A stretch of DNA of 64,000 bases, taken from positions 1,364,001-1,428,000 of the forward strand of contig JANJGN010000030.1 of the NCBI GenBank assembly GCA_026770705.1. The letters are read 5' to 3'. The position numbers and the translations under genes were made by a program. Each line of letters begins with the position of its first letter. Position 1 is the first letter of the stretch. This document shows positions 1-15,000 of this stretch, piece by piece. The notes under the pieces were generated by a model that saw only the letters and a program-made list of their open reading frames with translations, ran no database searches and was not told the DNA's origin. This DNA is from Isurus oxyrinchus. Lineage: Eukaryota.

Positions 1-3000
1 GGAGTCCACCGGAAACGTTGCCAAGACAGGAGTCCGCTGGAACCCTGGCCAGAGAAGAGTCCAACGGAACCCTGGCCAAGAGAGGAGTCCGATGGAAACC
101 ATGTCGAGAGAGAGGTCCAATGGAAACCTCGCCAAGAGTGTAGTCCACCGGACCCTCGCCTGGAGAGGAGTCCACCGGAACCCTCGCCGAGTGAGGGGTC
201 TGCCGGCACCCTCGCCAAGCGCGGAGCCTGCCGGAAACCTTGCCGAGAGTGTAGTCCGGTGGACCCTCGCCTGGAGTGGTGTCTGCTGGAAATCTCGCCG
301 AGACAGGAGTCCACCAGAACCCGTGCCCGGAGAGGAGTCCGCCAGAACTCTCGCCGAGATAGGAGTGTACCAGAACCCTCGCCCAGAAAGGAGTCCACAA
401 GCAACCTTGCCGAGATACAATTCTGCCAGAACCATTGCCGAGAGCGGAGTACGTCGGAAATCTCAAAGAGAGAGGTGTCCACTGGAACCCTGGCCTGGAG
501 AGGAGTCCGCCGGAACCCTCATCAAGAGAGGAGTCTGCCGGAACCCTCGCCCAGAGAGGAGTCCGCCGGAACCCTCATCAAGAGAGGAGTCCACCGGAAC
601 CCTCACCCAGAGAGGAGTCTGCCGGAACCCGTGAAGAGAGAGGAGTCTGATGGAACATTCACTGAAAGAGGAGTCCACTGGAACCCTCGGCGAGAGAGGA
701 GTCCACCGGAACCCTCGCCGAGAATTGAGTCCGCCGGAACCATCGCCGCGAAAGGAGTCCACCGGAACCATCGCCGAGAAAGGAGTCCGCCGGTAGCATC
801 ACCGAGAAAGGAGTCCGCCAGAACCCTCGCTGAGAAAGGGGCCCGCCGTAACCCTCATTGAGAATGGAGACCGCCGGAAACCTTGCCGAGAGAGAAGTCC
901 GCCCGAACCCTCGGCGAGAGAGGAATCTGCCGGAACCTTCACGGAGAGCGGAGTCCATCGGAACCCTCGCCGAGAGTGGAGTACGCCGGAACTGGCGCCA
1001 CGAGAGACGTCTGCCAGAACCCTCGACGAGAGCAGAGACCGCCAGAACACTCACTGAGAGAGGAGTCCACCTTAACCGTAGCCGAGAGAGGTGTCCGGCA
1101 GAAACCTTGCCGAGAGAGGAGTCCGCCCAAACCCTCGCTGACAGAGGAGTCCTCCCGAACCCTTGCCGAGACAAGAGTCCGGCAGAACATTCACCAAGAC
1201 AGGAGTCCACTGGAACCCTCGCCGACAGAGGAGTCTGCTGGAAATCTTGCCGAGACAGGAGTGCGCCGGAACCCTTGCCCAAAGAGGATTCCGCAGGCAC
1301 CCTCGCCGAGAAAGGATTCTGCCAGAACCCTTGCGGAGAGTAGAGTCACCGGAAACCTCGCAGAGAGAGGAGTCTGCCAGAACTCTCGCTGAGACAGGAG
1401 AATGCCGGAACCCTCACCCAGAGTGGATTCCGCAGGCACCCTCACCAAGAGAGGAGTCCGCCGGAACCCTCGCTGAGAGAGGAGTCCGCCCAAACCCTCG
1501 TCGAGACAAGAGTCCGGCAGAACCTTCGCTGAGAAAGGAGTCCACTGGAACCCTGGCCCAGAGAGGAGTCCACAGGCACCCTCCCCGAGAGAGGATCCTG
1601 CCAGAACCCTTGCCGAGTGCATAGTCCGCCGGAAACCTCACAGAGATAGGTGTCTGCCGGAATGCTCGCCGAGAGAGGATTCTGCCAGAGCGCTTGCCGA
1701 GAGCGGAGTCCGCTGGAAACCTCGCCGACAGAGGAATCCACCAGAACTCTCACCGAAACAGGAGAAAGCCGCAATCCTCGCCCAGAGTGGAGTCCGCAGG
1801 CACCCTCGCCAAGAGAGGAGTCCGCTGGAAACCTCGTCGAGACAGGAGTCTGCCGGAACGCTGGCCGAGAGATTAGTCTGCCAGAAACCTCACTGAGAGT
1901 GGAGTCTGGCAGAAACATCGCTGAGAAAGGAGTCCGCCCGAACCCTCGCCGAGTCAGGAGTCCGGCGGAACCCTCGCCGAGAAAGGAGTCTGCCTGAACC
2001 CTCGCAGTGAGAGGATTCTGCCGGAAATCTCACCGAGACAGGAGTCCGAGAGGAATCCTGGCCCGGAGAGCAGTCCGCTGGAACCATCATCGAGAGAAGA
2101 GTCTGCTGGAACCTGAACTGAGAGAGGATGACGCCGGAACACACACCGAGAGAGGAGTCCGCCGGAACCCTCTCCGAGAGCGGAGTCCGCCAGAACCCTC
2201 ACCGATAAAGGAGTCCAGCGGAACCCTCGCCGAGAAAGGAGTTTGCCTGAAACATAGCCGAGAGAGGAGTCGGCCGGAAACCTCGCTGAGTGGAGTCCGC
2301 CGTAACCCTCACCGAGAAAGGAGTCCGCCGGAACCCTCACCGAGAAAGGAGTCCGCTGGAACCCTCATCGAGAATGGAATCCGCCGGAAACCTCGCCGAA
2401 AGAGGAGTCTGCCCGAACCCTTGCAGAGAAAGGAGAGAGAGGAATCTGCCAGAACCTTCACCGAGAGCAGAGTCCATCCTAACCCTCACTGAGAGAGGAG
2501 TCCGCAGGAAACCTCACCTGGAGAGGAGTCCACCAGAACTCTCGCCGAGACAGAAGTGCGCCGGAACCCTCGCCCAGAGTGGTGTTAACAGGCACCCTGG
2601 CGGAGAGATGAGTCCACCAGAACCCTCACCGAGAGCGGCGCCCATTGGAACCCTCGCTGAGAGCAGAGTCCACCGGAGCCCTCACCAAGAGGGAACACTC
2701 GTTGAGAGTGGAGTCTGCCAGAAACCTCGCCGAAAGTTGAGTCCGCCTTAACCGTGGCCGAGAGAGGTGTCCGCCAGAAATCTCACCAAGACAGGAGTCT
2801 GCCAGAACCTTGGCCCAGAGATCAGTCAGCCGGAAACCTCATCGAGAGAGGAGTCCGCTGGAACCTGCACCAAGAGATGATTCTGACCGAACCCTCACTG
2901 AGAGAGGAGTCCGCCAGAACCCTCGCCGACAGAGGAGTCCACCAGAACTCTCGCCAAGGCAGGAGTGCACCGGAACCCTCACCCAGAGAGGAGTCCATCG

Positions 3001-6000
3001 GAACACTCACCCAGAGCGGATTCCGCCTGAACCCTCGCCGAGACAGGAGTCCGGCGGAACCATAGCCGAGAGAGGAGTCTGCCGGAAATCTCGCCGAGAC
3101 AGCAGTCCGCCAGAACCCTGGCCCAGAGAGGAGTCTGCTGGAACCCTCATCGAGAGAGGAGTCCGCCAGAACCCTCGCCGTGAGAGGAGTCCGCCGGAAC
3201 CCTCGCCCAGAGAGGAGTCCGCCGGAAGCCCCGAAGAGAGAGGAGTCTGACGGAACCTTCACTGAGAGAGGTGTCCGCCAGAACCCTCGCTGAGATAGGA
3301 GTCCATCGGAATCTTCGCTGAGAAAGGAGTCCACTGGAACAATCGCCGAGAGAGGAGTCTGCCAGAAATCTCGCCGAGACAGTAGTCCGCCGGAACCCTG
3401 GCCCGGAGAGATGTCTGCCGGAACCCTCACCGAGAGTGGAGTCTGCCAGAACCCTCACCGAGAAAGGAGTCCGCCAGAACCCTCGCCGAGAAAGGGGTCC
3501 ACCGGAAACCTCATCAAGAATGGAGACTGACCGAAACCTCGCCGAGAGAGGTGTCCGTCCGAACTCTCGCAGAGAAAGCAGTCCGATGGAACCCTTGGCG
3601 AGAGAGAAATCTGCTGGATTCTTCATGGAGAGCAGAGTAGATCGGAACCCTCACCGAGAGAGGAGTCCGCAGGCACCCTGGCTGAGAGAGGAGTCCACCA
3701 GAACCCTCGCCAAGAGAGGTGTCCGCCGGAACCCTCACCGAGAGTGGAGTCCGCCGCAACTGGCCCCATGAGAGGCATCTGCCAAAACCCTTGACGAGAG
3801 CGGAGAACGCCAGAAACCTCGCCGAGAATGGAGTCCATCGGAACCGTAGCTGAGAGAGGTGTCCGCAGGAAAGCTCGCTGAGAGAGGAGTCCGCCGGAAC
3901 CCTCGCTGAGAGCGGAGTCCGCCCGAACCCTCACCGAGACAAGAGTCCAATGGAACCTTCGCCGAGACAGGAGTCCACTGGAACCCTCGCCGAGAGAAGG
4001 AGTCTGCCGGAAATCTCGCCGAGACAGGAGTCCGCCCGAACCCTCGCCGAGACAAGAGTCCAACGGAACTTTCACTGAGAAAGGAGTCCACTGGAACCCT
4101 CACTGAGAGAGGAGACTGCTGGAAATCCCGCCGAGACAGGAGTCCGCCGGAACCCTTGCCCGGAGAGGAGTCTGCCGGAACCCTCGCAGAGAGCTGAGTC
4201 CGCCGGAAACCTCGGTGAGAGAGTAGTCCGCCAGCACCCTCGTCAGGAGAGGGGTCCGCCAGAACTCTTGCTGAGACAGGAGTGTGCCGGAACCCTCACC
4301 CAGAAAGGAGTCCGCAGGCAACCTTGCTGAGATAGGATTCTGCCAGAACCTTTGCCGAGAACGGATAACGCTGGAAATCTCACAGAGAGAGGAGTCCGCT
4401 GGAACCCTGGCCTGGAGAGGAGTCCGCCGGAACCCTCATCGTGAGAGGAGTCTGCCGGAACCCTCGCCCAGAGAGGAGTCTGCCGGAACCTCCGAAGAGA
4501 GAGAGGAGTCTGACAGAACCTTCGCCAAGAGAGGAGTCCGCCAGAACCCTTGGCGAGAGCGGAGTCCGCCGGAACCCTCGCCCAGAGAGGAGTCTGCCGG
4601 AACCCCCGTAGAGAGAGGAGTCTGACGGAACCTTCACCAAGAGAGGAGTCCGCCAGAACCCTCGCCGAGAGCGGAGTCTGCCAGAACCCTCGCCGAGACA
4701 GGAGTCCGGCGGAACCCTCGCCAAGAGTGGAGTCCACAGGAACCCTCGCTGAGAGAGATGTCCGCCGGAACCCTCGCCGAGAGTGGAGTCCGCTGGAACC
4801 GGCGCTGTGAGAGACGTCTGCCAGAACCCTCGCCGAGAGCGGAGACCGCCAGAAAACTCGCCGAGAGTGGAGTCTGCCGGAACCTTCGGTGAGAGAGGAG
4901 TCCACCGGAAACTTGACCGAGAGCGGAGCCCGTCGGATCCCTCGCCGAGTGCGGAGTCCACCGGAACCGTCGCCAAGAGAGGTGTCCGCCGGAACACTCA
5001 CCGAGAGCGGAGTCCACTGGAACCCTCGCCGAGAGAGGACTCTGCTGGAAATCTCACCGAGACAGGAGTCCGCCAGAACCCAGGCCCGGAGTGGAGTCCG
5101 CCAGAAATCTCGCCGAGACAGGAGAATGCCGGAAACCTCGCCCAGAGTGGAGTCCGCAGGCACCCTCGTCAAGAGAGGAGTCCGCCGGAACCCTCGCTGA
5201 GAGGAGTCCGACAGAAACCTCGCTGAGACAGGAGTCTGCCGGAACGCTTGCCAAGAGATTAGTCTGCCAGAACCCTCGCCGAGAGTGGAGTCTGGCAGAA
5301 ACATCGCTGAGAGCGGAGTCTGCCAGAATCCTCGCCAAAAGCTGAGTCTGCCTGAAGTCTCGCTGAGAGAGGAGTCTGCTGCAACCCTCACTGAGAGAGG
5401 AGTCCGCCCAAACCCTTGCCGAGACAGGAGTCCGGCGGAACCCTCGCCGAGAAAGGAGTCTGCCTGAACCCTCACTGTGAGAGGAGTCTGCCAGAAGCCT
5501 GGCCCAGAATGTAGTCTGCCGGAACCCTCATGGAGAGAGGAGTTCGCTGGAATCTGCACCAAGAGAGGAGTCCGCTGGAACCCTCGCTGAGAGAGGATAA
5601 TGCGGGAACCATCACCAAGAGAGGAGTCCGCCGGAACACTTGCCGAGAGAGGAGACCGCCGGAACCCTCACTGAAAGAGGAGTCCACCGGTATCCTCGTC
5701 GAGAGAAGAGTCCACCGGAACAATCACCCAGAGAGGAGTCTGCCGGAACCGGCGCTGTGAGAGACGTCTGCCAGAACGCTCGCCGAGAGCGGAGACCGCC
5801 AGAAACCTCGCCGAGAGTGGAGTCTGCCGGAACCTTCGCTGAGAGAGGAGTCCACCGGTACTTCACCAAGAGCGGAGCCCGTCGGAACCCTCGCCGAGTG
5901 CGGAGTCCACCGGAACCCTCGCCAAGAGAGGTGTCCGCTGGAACCCTCACTGAGAGCGGAGTCCGCCGGAACTGTCACCACGAGAGGAGTCTGCCAGAAC

Positions 6001-9000
6001 CCTCACCAAGAGTAGAGACCACCAGAAACCTCACCGAGAGTGGATTCCGCCAGAACCATAGCCGAGAGAGGTGTCCGCCGGAAACCTCGCTGACAGAGGA
6101 GTCCACCAGAACCCTCGCTGAGAGAGGAGTCTGCACGAACCCTCGCTGAGACAAGAGTCCGGTGGAACCTTCGCCGAGAAAGGAATCCACTGGAACCGTC
6201 GCTGAGAGAGGAGACTGCCGGAAATCTCGCCGAGACAGGAGTCCGCCGGAACCCTGGCCCAGAGAGGAGTCCGCCTGAACTCTTGCCGAGATAGGAGTGC
6301 GCAGGAATCCTAGCCCAGAGAGGAGTCCGCAGGCACCCTCGCCGAGAGAGGATTCTGCCAGAACCCTTGCCGAGAGTGGAGACCGCCAGAAACCTCGCCG
6401 AGAGTGGAGTCCGCCTTAACCATAGGCGAGAGAGGAGTCCGCCGGTAACCTCACCGAGAAAGGAGTCCGCCGGAAGCCTCTCTGAGGGAGGACTCAGCTG
6501 GAAATCTCACTGAGACAGGAGTCCGCCAGAACGCAGGCCCAGAGAGGAGTCCGCCAGAAATCTCGCTGAGACAGGAGAATGCCGGAACCCTGGCCCGGAA
6601 AGTAGCCTTCCGGAACCCTCATGGAAAGAGGAGTTCGCTGGAACCTGCACCGAAAGAAGAGTCCGCCGGAACCCTCGCTGAGAGAGGATAATGCCGGAAC
6701 ACTCACCAAGAGAAGAGTCCGCCGGAACACTCGCCGAGAGAGGAGTCCACCGGAAACCTCGCCGAGAGATGAGTCTGCCAGAACCCTCGCTGAAAGAGGA
6801 GTCCACCGGTATCCTCACCGAGAGAAGAGTCCACCAGAACAATCACCCAGAGAGGAGTCCGCCGGAACCCTCGCCCAGAGTGGTGTCTGCCAGAACCCTC
6901 GCCGACAGTGGAGTCCGCCAAAAACCTCGCAGACACTGGAGTCCGCCGGAACCATAGCCAAGAGAGGAGTCCGCCAGAAACCTCACCAAGTGGAGACCAC
7001 CAGAACCCCTGCTGAGATAGGGGTCCGCCGAAACCCTCGCGGAGAAAGGAGTCCGCTGGAACCCTCTCTGAGAAAGGAGTCCGCCGGAACCCTCTCTGAG
7101 AAAGGAGTCCGCCGTAACCCTCATCGAGAATGGAGTCCATCGGAAACCTCACCGAAAGAGGAGTCCGCACGAACCCTCGCAGAGAAAGGAGTCTGCCAGA
7201 ACTCTCAGCGAGAGAGGAATCTGCCGGAACATTCGCGGAGAGCAGAGTCCATCGGAACCTCACCGAGTCCGCAGGAACCCTCACCTGGAGAGTAGTCCAC
7301 CAGAACTCTCGCCAAGACAGAAGTGCGCCGGAACCCTTACCCAGAGTGGTGTTCGTAGGCACCCTGGCTGAGAGAGGAGTCCGCCGGAACACTCACCGAG
7401 AGCGGAGCCCGTCAGAAACCTCACTGAGAGTGGAGTCCACTGGAGCCCTCACCGAGAAAGGTGTCCGCCGGAACCCTCACCAAAAGTGGAGTCTGCCGGA
7501 ACCGTCGCCATGAGAGGAGTCTGCCAGAACCCTCGCCGAGAGCGGAGTCTGCCAGAAACCTCGCCGAGAGTGGAGTCGACCTTAACTGTAGCCCTGAGAG
7601 GTGTCCGCCGGAAACCTCGCCAAGAGAGGAGTCCGCTCGAACCCTCGCCGAGACAAGAGTCCGACAGAACCTTCGCCGAGAAAGGAGTCAACTGGAACCC
7701 TTGCCGAGAGGGGAGTCTGCCGGAAATCTCGCTGAGACAGGAGTCCGCCGGAACCCTGGCCCGGAGAGGAGTCCGCCAGAACTCTCGCTGAGACAGGAGT
7801 GTGCCAGAACCCTCGCCCAGAGAGGAGTCCGCAGGCACCCTCGCCAAGAGAGGATACTGCCAGAACCCTTGCCGAGAGCGGAGTCGGCCGGAACCCTCGC
7901 CGACAGAGGAGTCCACCAGAACTCTCGCAGAGACAGGAGAACACCGGAAGCCTCGCCCAGAGTGGAGTTCACAGGCACCCTTGCCAAGAGAGGAGTCCGC
8001 TGGAACCCTCGAAAGAGAGGAGTCTGGCAGAAACATCGCTGAGAGAGGTGTCTGCCGGAACACTCGCCGAGAGCTGAGTCTGCCGGAAACGTCGCTGAGA
8101 GAGGAGTCTGCCGGAAACGTCTCTGAGAGAGGAGTCCGCCCGAACCCTCTTCGAGAAAGGAGTCTGTCTGAACCCTCACCGTGACAGGAGTCTGCCGGAA
8201 ATCTTGCTGAGACAGGTGTTCGCTGGAACCCTGGCCTGGAGAGCAGTCCGCCGGAAACCTCGCTGAGAGAGGAGTCCGCCTCTACCCTCACTAAGACAGG
8301 AGTCCGGCGGAACCCTCACTGAGAAAGGAGTCCACTGCAACCCTCGCCGAGAGAGGAGTCTGCCGGAAATCTCACCGAGACAGGAGTCCACCGGAAACCT
8401 GGCCCGGAGAGGAGTCTGCCGGAACCCTCATCATGAGTGGAGTCTACCGGAAACCTCGCCGAGAGAAGAGTCTGCCCGATCGCTCACAGAGAAAGGAGTC
8501 TGCCAGATCCCTCGGTGAGAGAGAAATCTGCCGGAACCTTCGCGGAGAGCGGAGTCCATCAGAACCCTCACCGAGAGAGGAGTCCACCAGAACTCTCGCC
8601 GAGACAAAAGTGCGCCAGAACCATCGCCCAGAGTGGTGTTCGCAGGCACCCTGGCTGTGAGCGGAGTCCACCAGAACCCTCACCGAGAGCAGAGTCCACC
8701 GGAAACCTTGCCTAGAGCGGAGTCCACTGGAACCCACGCCGAGAGAGGTGTCCACCGGAACCCTCACCGAGAGTGGAGTCCGCCAGAACCGTCGCCGCGA
8801 GAGGCGTCTGCCAGAACCCTCGCCGATAGCGGAGACCGCCAGAAACCTCGCTGAGATCGGAGTCCGCCGGAACCGTAGCTGAGGGAGGTGTCTGCCGGAA
8901 ACCTCACCGAGAGTGGAGTCCGCCGGAACTGGCACCACGAGAGGCATCTGCCAGAACCCTCGACAAGAGCGGAGAATGCCAGAAACCTTGCCGAGAATGG

Positions 9001-12000
9001 ATTCCGCTGGAACCGTAGCTGAGAGAGGTGTCCACAGGAAAGCTCGCTGAGAGAGGAGTCTGCCGGAACCCTCGCTGAGAGCGGAGTCCGCCCGAACCCT
9101 CGCCGAGACAAGAGTCCAACGGAACCTTCACCGAGACAGGAGTCCACTGGAACTCTCGCCGAGAGAAGGAGTCTGCCGGAAATCTCGCCGAGACAGGAGT
9201 CCGCCGGAACCCTTGCCTGGAGAGGAGTCCGCCAGAACCCTCGCCGAGATAGGAGTGTGCCGGAACCCTCGCCCAGAAAGGAGTCCACAGGCAACCTTGC
9301 CGAGATATAATTCTGCCAGAACCATTGCCGAGAGCGGAGTACGCCGGAAATCTCAAAGAGAGAGGTGTCCGCTGGAACCCTGGCCTGGAGAGGAGTCCGC
9401 CGGAACCCTCATCAAGAGAGGAGTCTGCCGGAACCCTCGCCCAGAGAGGAGTCCGCCGGAACCCTCATCAAGAGAGGAGTCCACCGGAACCCTCGCCCAG
9501 AGAGGAGTCTGCCAGAACCCGTGAAGAGAGAGGAGTCTGATGGAACATTCACCGAAAGAGGAGTCCACTGGAACCCTCGGCGAGAGAGGAGTCCACCGGA
9601 ACCCTCGCTGAGAATTGAGTCCGCCGGAACCATCGCCGCGAAAGGAGTCCGCCGGAACCATCGCCGAGAAAGGAGTCTGCCGGAAGCATCACCGAGAAAG
9701 GAGTCCGCCAGAACCCTCGCTGAGAAAGGGGTCCACCGTAACCCTCATTGAGAATGGAGACCGCCGGAAACCTCGCCGAGAGAGAAGTCCGCCCGAACCC
9801 TCGGCGAGAGAGGAATCTGCCGGAACCTTCACGGAGAGCGGAGTCCATCGGAACCCTCGCCGAGAGTGGAGTCCGCCGGAACTGGCGCCACGAGAGACGT
9901 CTGCCAGAACCCTCGACGAGAGCAGAGACCGCCAGAAACCTCGCCGAGAGAGGAGTCCACCAGAACACTCACTGAGAGAGGAGTCCGCCCGAACCCTCGC
10001 CGAGACAAGAGTCCAATGGAACCTTCGCCAAGGAAGGAGTCCACTGGAACCCTCTCCGAGAGAGGAGTCTGCTGGAACCCTCATCAAGAGATGAGTCCGC
10101 CGGAACCCTCACCGAGAAAGGAGTCCGCCAGAACCCTTGCCGAGAAAGGAGTCCGCCGGTGCCCTCGCCGAGAAAGGAGTCCGCCGGAACCCTCACCAAG
10201 AAAGGGGTCCGCTGGAACACTCATCGAGAATGGAGACCACCAGAAACCTTGCCGAGAGTGGAGTCCACCGGAACCGTAGCCGAGAGAGGTGTCCGCCGGA
10301 ACCCTCGCTGAGTGAGGAGTCCACCTGAACCCTCGCCAAGACAAGAGTCCAACGGATCCTTCGCCGAGAAAGGAGTCCACTGGAACCCTCGCCGAGAGAG
10401 AAGTCTGCCGGAAATCTCACCGAGACAGGAGTCCGCCGGAACCCTTGCCCGGAGAGGAGTCCGCCAGAACCCTCGCCGAGACAGGAGTGCACCGGAACCC
10501 TTGCCCGGAGAGGAGTCTGCAGGCAACCTTGCCAAGATAGGATTTTGCCACAACCATTGCTGAGAGTGGAATACGCCGGAAATCTCACAGAGAGAGGAGT
10601 CCGCTGGATCCCTGGCCTGGAGAGGAGTCCACTGGAACCCTCGTCGAGAGAGGAGTCCGCCAGAACCCCCGAAGAGAGAGGTGTCTGACGGAACCTTCGC
10701 TGAGAGAGGAGTCCGCCAGAGCCCTCGCCGAGACAGGAGTCCTGCGGAACCCTCACCAATAGCGGAGCCCTTCGGAACCCTCGCCAAGAGCGGAGTCCAC
10801 CGGAACCCTTGCAGAGAGAGGTGTCCACCGGAACCCTCGCCGAGAGTGGAGTCTGCCGGAACCAGCACCGTGAGAGACGTCTGCCAGAACCCTCGCAGAG
10901 AGCAGAGACCGCCAGAAACCTCGACGAGAGTGGAGTCCGATGGAACCCTCGCTGAGAGAGGAGTCCACCGGAACACTCGCCGAGAGTGGAGTCCACGGGA
11001 ACCCTTGCCGAGAGAGGTGTCCGGCGGAACCCTCGCCGAGAGTGGAGTCCACCGGAACAGGCGCCACGAGAGACGTCTTCCAGAAACCTCGACGAGAGCA
11101 GTGACCGCCAGTAACCCCACCAAGAGTGGAGTCCGCCGGAACTGTAGCCGAGAGAGGAGTCCTCTGGAACCATCACGGAGACAGGAGTCCACCGGTACCC
11201 TCATCGAGAATGGAATCTGCCGGAAATCTCGCCGGGAGAGGGGTCCGCCAGAAACCTGACTGAGACAGGAGTCTGCCGGAACCCTCGCCGGGTGCGCATT
11301 ACACCAGAACCCTTGCAGAGAAAGGAGTCCACCGGAAACCTCGCCAAGACAGGTGTCTGCCAGAACCCTGGACAAGGGAAGAGTCCAATGGAACCCTGGC
11401 CGAGAGAGGAGTCCGTCGGAACCCTCGCTGAGAGAGGAGTCCGTCAGAACTCTCGCCGAGATAGGAGTGCGCCGGAACCCTCGCCGAGAGTGGAATCCAG
11501 CGGAAACATCGCCGAGAGAGGAGTCCGGCGGAAACCTCTCTGAGAGAGGAGTCCGCCTGAACCCTCGCCGAGAGCGGAGTCTGCTGGAAACCTTGCTGAG
11601 AGTGTAGTCCACCGAACCCTCGCCTGGAGAGGAATCTGCTGGAACCCTCGCCGGGAGCGGAGTACGCCTGAAACCTCGCCAAGACAGGTGTCTGCCGGAA
11701 CGCTCGCCGAGAGCGGAGTACACTGGAAACCTTGCAGAGAGTGGAGTCGGACGGAACCCTCACCGAGACAGGAGACCGCCGGAACCCTCACCAGAGATTG
11801 TAGTCCGCCAGAACCCTCATCTGGAGAGGAGTCCACCAGAACTCTTGCCGAGATAGGAGTGCGCCGAAACCCTCGCCCAGAGAGGTGTCCGCAGGCACCT
11901 GGTTGAGAGAAGAGTCCGACTGAACCAACGCTGAGAGTGGAGTCCGCTGGAACCCTCACCAAGACATGAGTGCACCGGAACCCTCGATGAGAGAGGAATC

Positions 12001-15000
12001 TGCCGGAACACACGCCGAGAGAGGAGTCCGCCGGAACCATCGCTGAGAGAGGAGTCCGCTGGAACTCTCAATGAAACAGGAGTGCGCCAGAACCCTCGCC
12101 GAGAGCGGAGTCCAGAGGAACCTTCACCGAGAGAGGAGTCCGCCTGAAACCTCACCGAGAGAGGAGTCTGCCAGAACCCTCGCCAAGAGAGGAGTCTGCC
12201 GGAACCCTCACCAAGAGTGGAGTCCGCCGGAACTGTAGCCGAGAGAGGAGTCCTCCGGAACCATCACCGAGACAGGAGTCCACCGGTACCCTCATCGAGA
12301 ATGAAATCTGCCAGAAATCTCGCCGGGAGAGGGGTCCGCCAGAAACCTGACTGAGACAGGATTCTGCCGGAACCCTCGCCGGGCGCACATTACACCAGAA
12401 CCCTTGCAGAGAAAGGAGTCCACCGGAAACCTCGCTGAGACAGGTGTCTGCCAGAACCCTGGACAAGGGAAGAGTCCAATGGAACCCTGGCCGAGAGAGG
12501 AGTCCGTCGGAACCCTCGCTGAGAGAGGAGTCCGTCGGAACTCTCGCCGAGACAGGAGTGCGCCGGAACCCTCGCTGAGAGTGGAGTCCAGCGGAAACAT
12601 CGCCGAGAGAGGAGTCCGGCGGAAACCTCTCTGAGAGAGGAGTCCGCCTGAACCCTCGCCGAGAGCGGAGTCCGCTGGAAACCTTGCTGAGAGTGTAGTC
12701 CACCGAACCCTCGCCTGGAGAGGAATCAGCTGGAACCCTCGCCGGGAGCGGAGTACACCTGAAACTTCGCCAAGACAGGTGTCTGCCGGAACGCTCGCCG
12801 AGAGCGGAGTACACTGGAAACCTTGCAGAGAGTGGAGTCGGACGGAACCCTCACCAAGACAGGAGACTGCCGGAACCCTCACCAGAGATTGTAGTCTGCC
12901 AGAAACCTCATCTGGAGAGGAGTCCACCAGAACTCTTGCCGAGATAGGAGTGCGCCGAAACCCTCGCCCAGAGAGGTGTCCGCAGGCACCTGGTTGAGAG
13001 AAGAGTCCGCCTGAACCAACGCTGAGAGTGGAGTCCGCTGGAACCCTCACCAAGACATGAGTGCACCGGAACCCTCGATGAGAGAGGAATCTGCCGGAAC
13101 ACACGCCGAGAGAGGAGTCCGCCGGAACCATCGCTGAGAGAGGAGTCCGCTGGAACTCTCAATGAAACAGGAGTGCGCCAGAACTCCAGAGGAACCTTCG
13201 CCGAGAGAGGAGTCCGCCTGAAACCTCGCCGAGAGAGGAGTCCGCCAGAACCCTCGCCAAGAGAGGAGTCTGCTGGAACCCTTGCCGAGAGAGGAGTATG
13301 CCGGAACCCTCGCAGAGAGAGGAGTCTGCCGGAACCCTCACCGAGAGCGGAGTCCGACAGAATCCTTGGAGACCGAGAAGTCCACCGGACCCTCGCCGGG
13401 AGAGGAGTCTGCCAGAACTCTCGCAGAGAAAGGAGTCTGCTGGAACCCTCGCCGAGTGCGGAGTCCGCCTGAAACCTCGCCGAGAGAGGAGTCTGCCGGA
13501 ACCCTCGCCGAGAGCGGAGTCCGCCTGAAACCTCACTGAGACAGGAGTCTACCGGAACCCTCACCAAGAGCGGAGTACACCAGAACCCACGCTGAGAGAG
13601 GAGTCTGCTGGAAACCTCGCCGAGAGATGAGTCCGCCGGAACCCGCGCCGAGAGAGGAGTCCGCCGGAACCCACGCTGACAGAGGAGTCTGCCAGAAACC
13701 TCACCGAGAGATGAGTCCGCTGGAAGCCTCACTGAGAGAGGAGTCCACCGGAAACCTCGCCAAGAAATGAGTCCGCCGGAAAACTCGCTGAAAGAGGAAC
13801 CGAAGCCGAGAGAGGAGTCCGCCGGAACCCTTGCTGAGAAAGGAGTCTGCCGGATACCTCGCGGAGAGAGGAGTCCTCCAGAACCCTCGCCGAGAGAGGA
13901 GTCCGCCAGGAGCCTCACAGAGACAGGAGTCTACCGTAACCCTCGCCGAGAAAGGATTCCGCCGGAAACCTCGCCGAGACAGGAGTCTACCAGAACGCTC
14001 ACCGAGAGATGAGTCCGCTGGAAGCCTCACTGAGAGAGGAGTCCACCGGAAACCTCACCAAGAAATGAGTCCACCGGAAAACTCGCTGAAAGAGGAGTCT
14101 GCCAGAAACCTCACCGAGACAGGAGTCTGCCGGAAACCTCGCCGGGCGTGGAGTACACCAGTACCCTTGCAGACAGAGGAGTCCACCGGAAACCTCACCG
14201 AGACAGGTGTCCGCCAGAACCCTGGAAAAGGGAAGAGTCCAATGGAACCCTGGCCGAGAGACTAGTCCGTCAGAACCCTTGCTGAGAGAGGAGTCTGTCG
14301 GAACGCTTGCTGAGAGTGGAGTCCAGCGGAAACATCGCCGAAAGAGGAGTCCGGCGGAATCCTCTCTGAGAGCGGAGTACGCGGAAACCTTGCCGAGAGT
14401 GTAGTCCACCGATCCCTCGCCTGGAGAGGAGTCTGCTGGAACCCTCACCGGGAGCGGAGTCCACCTGAAACCTCGCCGAGACAGGTGTCTGACGGAACCC
14501 TTGCCGAGAGCGGAGTACACCGGAACCCTTGCAGAGAGAGGCGTCCGACGGAACCCTCATCAAGAGAGGAGTCTGCCGGAACCCATGAAGAGAGAGGAGT
14601 CTGATGGAACATTCACCGAAAGAGGAGTCCACTGGAACCCTCGGCGAGAGAGGAGTCCACCGGAACCATCGCCGAGAATTGAGTCCACCGGAACCCTCGC
14701 CCAGGGAGGAGTCTGCCGGAACCCATGAAGAGAGAGGAGTCTGATGGAACATTCACCGAAAGAGGAGTCCACTGGAACCCTCGGCGAGAGAGGAGTCCAC
14801 CGGAACCCTCGCCGAGAATTGAGTCCGCCGGAACCATCGCCGCGAAAGGAGTCCGCCGGAACCATCACCGAGAAAGGAGTCCGCCGGAAGCATCACCAAG
14901 AAAGGAGTCCGCCAGAACCCTTGCTGAGAAAGGGGTCCGCCGTAACCCTCATTGAGAATGGAGACTGCCGGAAACCTCGCCAAGAGAGAAGTCCGCCCGA